Positions 59,286-64,000 of a stretch of DNA of 64,000 nt are shown piece after piece. Under the pieces are notes generated by a model, which saw nothing but the letters and a program-made list of their open reading frames with translations, was not told the DNA's origin and did no database searches. This DNA comes from an uncultured delta proteobacterium (GTDB taxonomy: Bacteria; Desulfobacterota; Binatia; UBA9968): the NCBI GenBank assembly GCA_963727625.1, contig CAVSHR010000009.1, forward strand, positions 449,140 through 513,139, given 5' to 3'. Numbering within the stretch: position 1 is the stretch's first letter; each line of letters starts with the position of its first letter. Both the position numbers and the translations under genes were made by a program.

Positions 59286-61982
59286 ATGAACTTACCGCCG
59301 GATCAAGAAGCCATAAGAGGCAAGTGTTTTAATCCGTCGGGAACGTTTGTCGATTTTCCGAACGAAGATATCGAAACGTCGATTCCAGCTCGATTTGAAA
59401 AGATTGTGCGCCTATATCCTGGCCGAATCGCCGTAAAATTTGGCGAACACTCGTTGACCTACGAGGAGTTAAACCAAGCCGCTAACCGCATCGCCAGTGA
59501 GATTCTGGAACAACGGGGCCGACGTAGTGAGCCCATCGCATTGCTTTTCGAGCAGGGCGTTGATGTTTTGGTGGCCATCTTCGGCGTGCTGAAGGCGGGC
59601 AAGTTTTACGTTGCGGTCGATCCCAAGTCGCCGCAAGCGCGAATCGATTACATCATGAACGACGCCCGAGCCAGAATGGTGGTAACCAACGGCGCGAACC
59701 ATAATTTGGCTTCGTATTTGAATCGGGGTGATGTTTCCGTATTGAACATCGATGAAATTGAGAAAACGGGTCATTGGGACGAATCGCTATTGCGCATCTT
59801 ACCCGATGATTTTGCCGCGCTGATGTATACGTCCGGCTCCGAAGGGTTGCCCAAGGGATTGGTGGAAAGTCATAGGTTTATGCTCCACACAGCGCGCGGT
59901 TTAACTCATTTAAAGAAGATATCGCCGCGGGATCGCCTGACTTTGTTTCATTTTGTTGGTTTTGCAGCGTCCGAAGGACATCTTTTCCCATCTTTGCTCA
60001 ACGGTGCTTGTCTTTGCCCGTTTGACATCAAATCGCGAGGCGTAAGACCCTTGACGTCCTGGCTTGATGAGGAAGGGATTTCCCTTTGTCACATGCCTGT
60101 GTCGGCGTATCGCCACTTGGCGGAACTTCTCCCCATTGGCGCGCAATTCTCGCAACTTCGTTTCATGCAACTTTCGGGGGCACCCATCAACCGATCCGAC
60201 TTCGATCTGTTTCGAGAAAGGTTCTCCTCCGGGATTTCACTGCATATTCTCATGGGAACAACCGAAGTTGGCGCGGTGGCGAGCGCAATTGTCGACCACG
60301 GATTCCGCTTCCCCGAAACCGGCACTCCGATCGGTTACGCGTGGCCGGACCTGCAGTTGCAATTGGTCGATGAAAGCGGTCGCGAAGTTGCGCCCGGACA
60401 GATCGGCGAGATTAGCGTCCGGAGCCGTTACATGAGCGCTGGTTACTGGCGCGAGGGGAATATCTCCCGGGCCAATTTTTTTGCCGATCCCGACTGTGGC
60501 GATACACCGGTCTATCGGACGGGAGATCTCGCGCGGATGATGCCCGACGGGTTCTTGATTCACATGGGCCGGAAAGACTCCCGGGTTAAAATTCGCGGCT
60601 ATCGGGTCGGAATCGTTGAAATAGAGCGCGCGTTATTCCATCATCCGATGGTCAAAGAAGCAGCAGTCGTTGCCTGCGACCGGGAAACTGGCGAGAAATA
60701 TCTGGCCGGTTATGTCGTTCCGCGTCCGGGATCAGTTGTGAGGGTCAATGAGCTGAGCGACTTTCTTAGGAATAATCTTCCTGACTACATGATACCGTCG
60801 GCGTTCCTGTTTATGGAATCGCTGCCTTTGACAAATGGCAAGCTGGATCGCAGAGCGCTGCCAAAACCAAACCACCGGCGGCCGGAATTAGGGACGGCTT
60901 ATGTCGAGGCAAGCAACGAAATCGAGAAACGACTGGTTAACATCTGGGAAGAAATACTCGACGTGCATCCTATCGGGATCGACGACAATTTTTTTGATCT
61001 TGGCGGTCATTCACTATTAGCCTCTCAATTGTTCACCCGCCTAGATGACGAGTTCGGCCGTTTGTTACCCCTAAGCCTTCTCGTGGATTCTTCAACGATA
61101 CGGTTGCTGGCAAACCATTTCTGCAGTGCCGCCAATCCCCAGAAGATCTCGGCCTTGGTGCCGTTTACTCAAGCAGGCGATCAGCCCGCGATCTTTGCGG
61201 TGCCCGGAGTTTACGGAAATGTTGTCGGGCTTTTCGATCTTTTCCGCGCGCTCGGCCATGATAGGCCCTTTTATGGGTTGCAGTCGATTGGACTGGACGG
61301 GCAAGAACGCGCCATCGAAAGCATCGAGGCCATGGCGGAGCGGTATCTCACCGAAGTCCGCGCAGTCCAGCCGCATGGCCCTTACATATTGCTCGGTGCT
61401 TGCTTTGGAGCCGGAGTAACCTGCGAGATGGCCTACCAACTGCTCGAAGCGGGTGAAGAAGTTAGTTTTCTCGGCATGCTAGATCCGATTGGACTCGTAA
61501 TAAATCAACGCAAGCAGCACTTAAATACGGAGACGCCGAATAAGAATGAGCAGCCGAGCAGTTTCCTTTCTACGCGATTGCAATTGTATTTAAAGGAAAT
61601 GCGGGAACTGAATAGTGTCGAGCGGGCGAAATTCCTCACTGAAAAAGTCAGGTCGTTAGGTCGGACGCTTACAAATAAGAAAGCGCGCCGAGCGGTTCAG
61701 CGAGAGATACACCAACTGGCGGTGTTTAATGCTAGTAAAATAGCTGGGCAACACTACCAACTCAAAAAGCTCAAAGGTCGATTAAGAGCACTGGAAATCT
61801 TCGTATCCGAGCATCCGCGAAGGATCGAATTGGAGAACTTCGATTGGGCTACAATGTGGGATGGTAGAGCTGATTTGCATGAAGTACCCGGTAAAGACTC
61901 CGGAGACATGTTGAGTGGTGAAAATGCCATTATGCTCGGCGGTTTGCTGCGCGAGAGATTACAGGAGAATATGCAAGTTTGA
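59286..61982 (+). CDS. Stand-alone NRPS-like protein: adenylation, carrier (PCP) and thioesterase-like domains
   Basis: LTYEEL, YTSGSEGLPKG, GTTE, YRTGDL, VKIRGYRV, LPDYMIP, NGKLDR, FFDLGGHSL, QPHGPYILLGACFG. Confidence 0.9.
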   Translation: MNLPPDQEAIRGKCFNPSGTFVDFPNEDIETSIPARFEKIVRLYPGRIAVKFGEHSLTYEELNQAANRIASEILEQRGRRSEPIALLFEQGVDVLVAIFGVLKAGKFYVAVDPKSPQARIDYIMNDARARMVVTNGANHNLASYLNRGDVSVLNIDEIEKTGHWDESLLRILPDDFAALMYTSGSEGLPKGLVESHRFMLHTARGLTHLKKISPRDRLTLFHFVGFAASEGHLFPSLLNGACLCPFDIKSRGVRPLTSWLDEEGISLCHMPVSAYRHLAELLPIGAQFSQLRFMQLSGAPINRSDFDLFRERFSSGISLHILMGTTEVGAVASAIVDHGFRFPETGTPIGYAWPDLQLQLVDESGREVAPGQIGEISVRSRYMSAGYWREGNISRANFFADPDCGDTPVYRTGDLARMMPDGFLIHMGRKDSRVKIRGYRVGIVEIERALFHHPMVKEAAVVACDRETGEKYLAGYVVPRPGSVVRVNELSDFLRNNLPDYMIPSAFLFMESLPLTNGKLDRRALPKPNHRRPELGTAYVEASNEIEKRLVNIWEEILDVHPIGIDDNFFDLGGHSLLASQLFTRLDDEFGRLLPLSLLVDSSTIRLLANHFCSAANPQKISALVPFTQAGDQPAIFAVPGVYGNVVGLFDLFRALGHDRPFYGLQSIGLDGQERAIESIEAMAERYLTEVRAVQPHGPYILLGACFGAGVTCEMAYQLLEAGEEVSFLGMLDPIGLVINQRKQHLNTETPNKNEQPSSFLSTRLQLYLKEMRELNSVERAKFLTEKVRSLGRTLTNKKARRAVQREIHQLAVFNASKIAGQHYQLKKLKGRLRALEIFVSEHPRRIELENFDWATMWDGRADLHEVPGKDSGDMLSGENAIMLGGLLRERLQENMQV

Positions 61983-62016
61983 CCTAGCCATTCATAAGTT
62001 TAGTCCTTCTTATCCA

Positions 62017-63114
62017 CTATTTGATAATTTCTTGGTAAGGCCGCTCTTTACCAGCACGCCATTTAAGATGGAAAAAGTACAAGTTCGGGTCGATTCCTGC
62101 CGCGTGCACTGCTCTTCCCCAGCTCCCGAAGTACGCTTCGGCAGCACTCACCAAGGCCGGAAACTCGCGCCGTCCGGATGCGTAAGCCAATGTCTGGTTT
62201 GCGCGTTGCCTACGGCGAAGCTCAGAGATGATTTTCCGCTTGCTCCAGCCGTTTCTAATTTTGGGGTTGGTTTTGATATCGATCTTTGCCTTTTTCAAGC
62301 TTCCGAAGTAATCGGTTAGGTCAAATTGCAGTGTCGGTGATACCTTGCGCCGATCCTCGAGGGCATCTTGTAGGTCTCTCAATAAGCAGTAGCGGTTCTT
62401 ACTCGGAACCGCTTTGTCTACCACACCCGTCGCTATCAACGCTTGAGCCCATGATCCGTAGTGACGGAGCGCTCCACCGAAAAGGTCTGCGTGATTTTTC
62501 ATAACGTATGCAGGATAGATTGGCAGACGCCGACCCCGCAGCCGTAGGATTGTTTTAATGATTCTCTCTGAATCCCAGGAGCTACGCAGCCGCACTCGGT
62601 CGGGCTGGAATCCACCCGCCTGGAGCGCCTTATTCCAATCGCCAAATATCCAGACGCCTTGGTTGTAAAGGTACGGGTATTTGCGTTGAAAATTTGCAGC
62701 AAAAACATCTTGCCTATGCAGCGCCTTGATTGCGGTGAGCCACTTTTTCTTACCGATGGGCTGGAATCCCTTTCGGGGGCTTTGCAGTATGCGAAAATCC
62801 TTGGCGACCAGCCCGTCGGGAGTGAGGCCGTATTCCTCCATGTAGGTTTCCCGGTCCGTATCGTGTTTTGAGAGATGTAGACTGCTAATCACGCGACGTT
62901 TATCACCGCAGATACGGCAGCTAACAAAATCGATGCCTGCAGCGCCAGTTAAGCTTCGAGTGCGCGCCATTGAGAATATGGCTATCGCCAAGTGGTAGTT
63001 TTTGCGGTTGGGCCGTGGGCCACTCGTTCTGGCCAATAACCGGTTGAGGGCGGCTATCTTACGGATGATCCTTTTGTCATGAGTTTGCTGAAACTCTATC
63101 GCCAACTCGTCCAC
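62017..63114 (-). CDS. Basic putative DNA-binding protein with a C2H2/MucR-like zinc finger and (F/Y)G(S/D)WxxA repeats
   Basis: CRICG...LHLSKH...YMEEYGL; FGDWNKALQAGG, YGSWAQALIATG, FGSWGRAVHAAG. Confidence 0.65.
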   Translation of the reverse strand: MDELAIEFQQTHDKRIIRKIAALNRLLARTSGPRPNRKNYHLAIAIFSMARTRSLTGAAGIDFVSCRICGDKRRVISSLHLSKHDTDRETYMEEYGLTPDGLVAKDFRILQSPRKGFQPIGKKKWLTAIKALHRQDVFAANFQRKYPYLYNQGVWIFGDWNKALQAGGFQPDRVRLRSSWDSERIIKTILRLRGRRLPIYPAYVMKNHADLFGGALRHYGSWAQALIATGVVDKAVPSKNRYCLLRDLQDALEDRRKVSPTLQFDLTDYFGSLKKAKIDIKTNPKIRNGWSKRKIISELRRRQRANQTLAYASGRREFPALVSAAEAYFGSWGRAVHAAGIDPNLYFFHLKWRAGKERPYQEIIK

Positions 63115-63580
63115 ACGCCATTCGATTGCTCGCGGGCATACTTTTTCGGGAATATCGTTCGGGTAGCCATCGGCGCGATATAGCGCAGGAAGGAATAAAG
63201 AATCAAGAGATGTGAAAGGCTGGAGTGTTTGTGCGTTCGATCTACTGGTGGCCCAATGTCATGGGAAAGCTAACCCTCGGCAATGTGGAAGCGGCACCTA
63301 TATCGCTGCTCGCGGCGATGAGTCAAGGCGGGGAAATCGACGCTGTTGCCATTTCCAGCAAGTACCCGATGGAATTGAAGCGCCTTACGGTTCAATCCCG
63401 CGGCGATTCTCGAGGCGAGTCTCTTAACAATGTCCTTTGTATTCCAGCCCTTTAACATAAGAAACGGCGCTACCGTCACTGGTTTGAATTTCAGCCACCC
63501 CATTTTGTTAATTCGAAAAAGCCGTTGCGGCACGACCTGGAATGAATATAATTTCAGTGAGCGAGTTGAGGCAAAGCAGC

Positions 63581-64000
63581 ATGAAGCTACCGCCGGAGCA
63601 AGAAGCCATAAGAGCTAAATGCTTTCATCCATCGGGAACTTTTGTTGAGTTCCCCATAGAGGATCTTGAGCTATCGATGCCTGCGCGGTTTGAAAAAATC
63701 GTTAGGCAGTTTCCGGATCGAGTCGCTGTCAAAGCGCCCCAGGAGACTCTCACGTATCAGCAGTTAAATTCGCAAGTTAACCGCGTGGCCCATACCATCA
63801 TTGGCAAGCTGGGCAGCACGCAGCAACCGATTGGACTCCTGCTCGCCAAGGGAGGACCGCTCATCACTGCAGTGCTGGCGGTCCTCAAATCTGGCAATAT
63901 GTACGTCCTCGCGGATCCTACATACCCCTCTGATCGAATCAATCACATCCTGAACCACGCGCAGGTTCCGCTCGTTATTACGTATGGTGGGCATGATTTT
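63581..64000 (+). CDS. Second NRPS-like adenylation-domain protein, running off the window end
   Basis: Translated by hand: MKLPPEQEAIRAKCFHPSGTFVEFP...PARFEKIVRQFPDRVAV...LTYQQLN...LAVLKSG; paralog of 59286-61982. Confidence 0.88.
   Translation, partial: MKLPPEQEAIRAKCFHPSGTFVEFPIEDLELSMPARFEKIVRQFPDRVAVKAPQETLTYQQLNSQVNRVAHTIIGKLGSTQQPIGLLLAKGGPLITAVLAVLKSGNMYVLADPTYPSDRINHILNHAQVPLVITYGGHDF

Overview
This is a 64-kb, GC-rich bacterial chromosome segment. Gene content and style suggest a deltaproteobacterial-type organism such as Candidatus Binatia, but that is inference. Left part (1-25 kb): an accessory and metabolic patchwork. It holds a MazF/PemK toxin-antitoxin pair, a probable HEPN protein next to an Mrr nuclease with an in-frame TAG, methyltransferases, YceI, MOSC, TauE, MddA, a TcuA-like flavoprotein, a DHH phosphoesterase and several truncated gene remnants. 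It also holds a five-gene cluster: B12 radical SAM, SDR, FAD oxidoreductase, heme-oxygenase-like diiron protein and methyltransferase. Middle part (25-51.6 kb): DedA/uppP/ArnT-like envelope genes, then an unusual operon of tatA, two DxxGDG-repeat exported proteins, a TonB/TolA-like protein, ExbB and ExbD facing a vWA gene. Core genes follow: HTH-pilMNOPQ-aroCKBQ, priA-def-fmt-rsmB-rpe and tRNA-Pro(CGG). Right part (51.6-64 kb): an island downstream of the tRNA. It carries an integrase remnant, a KstD-like flavoprotein and a group IIC intron inserted in the left end of a tyrosine-recombinase plus IS91-transposase unit that ends in an attC-like site. A classical integron-type cassette and two paralogous NRPS-like genes follow. 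Frameshifts in housekeeping genes (aroQ, aroC, pilQ) point to sequencing or assembly indels, so pseudogene calls based on frameshifts alone are uncertain.
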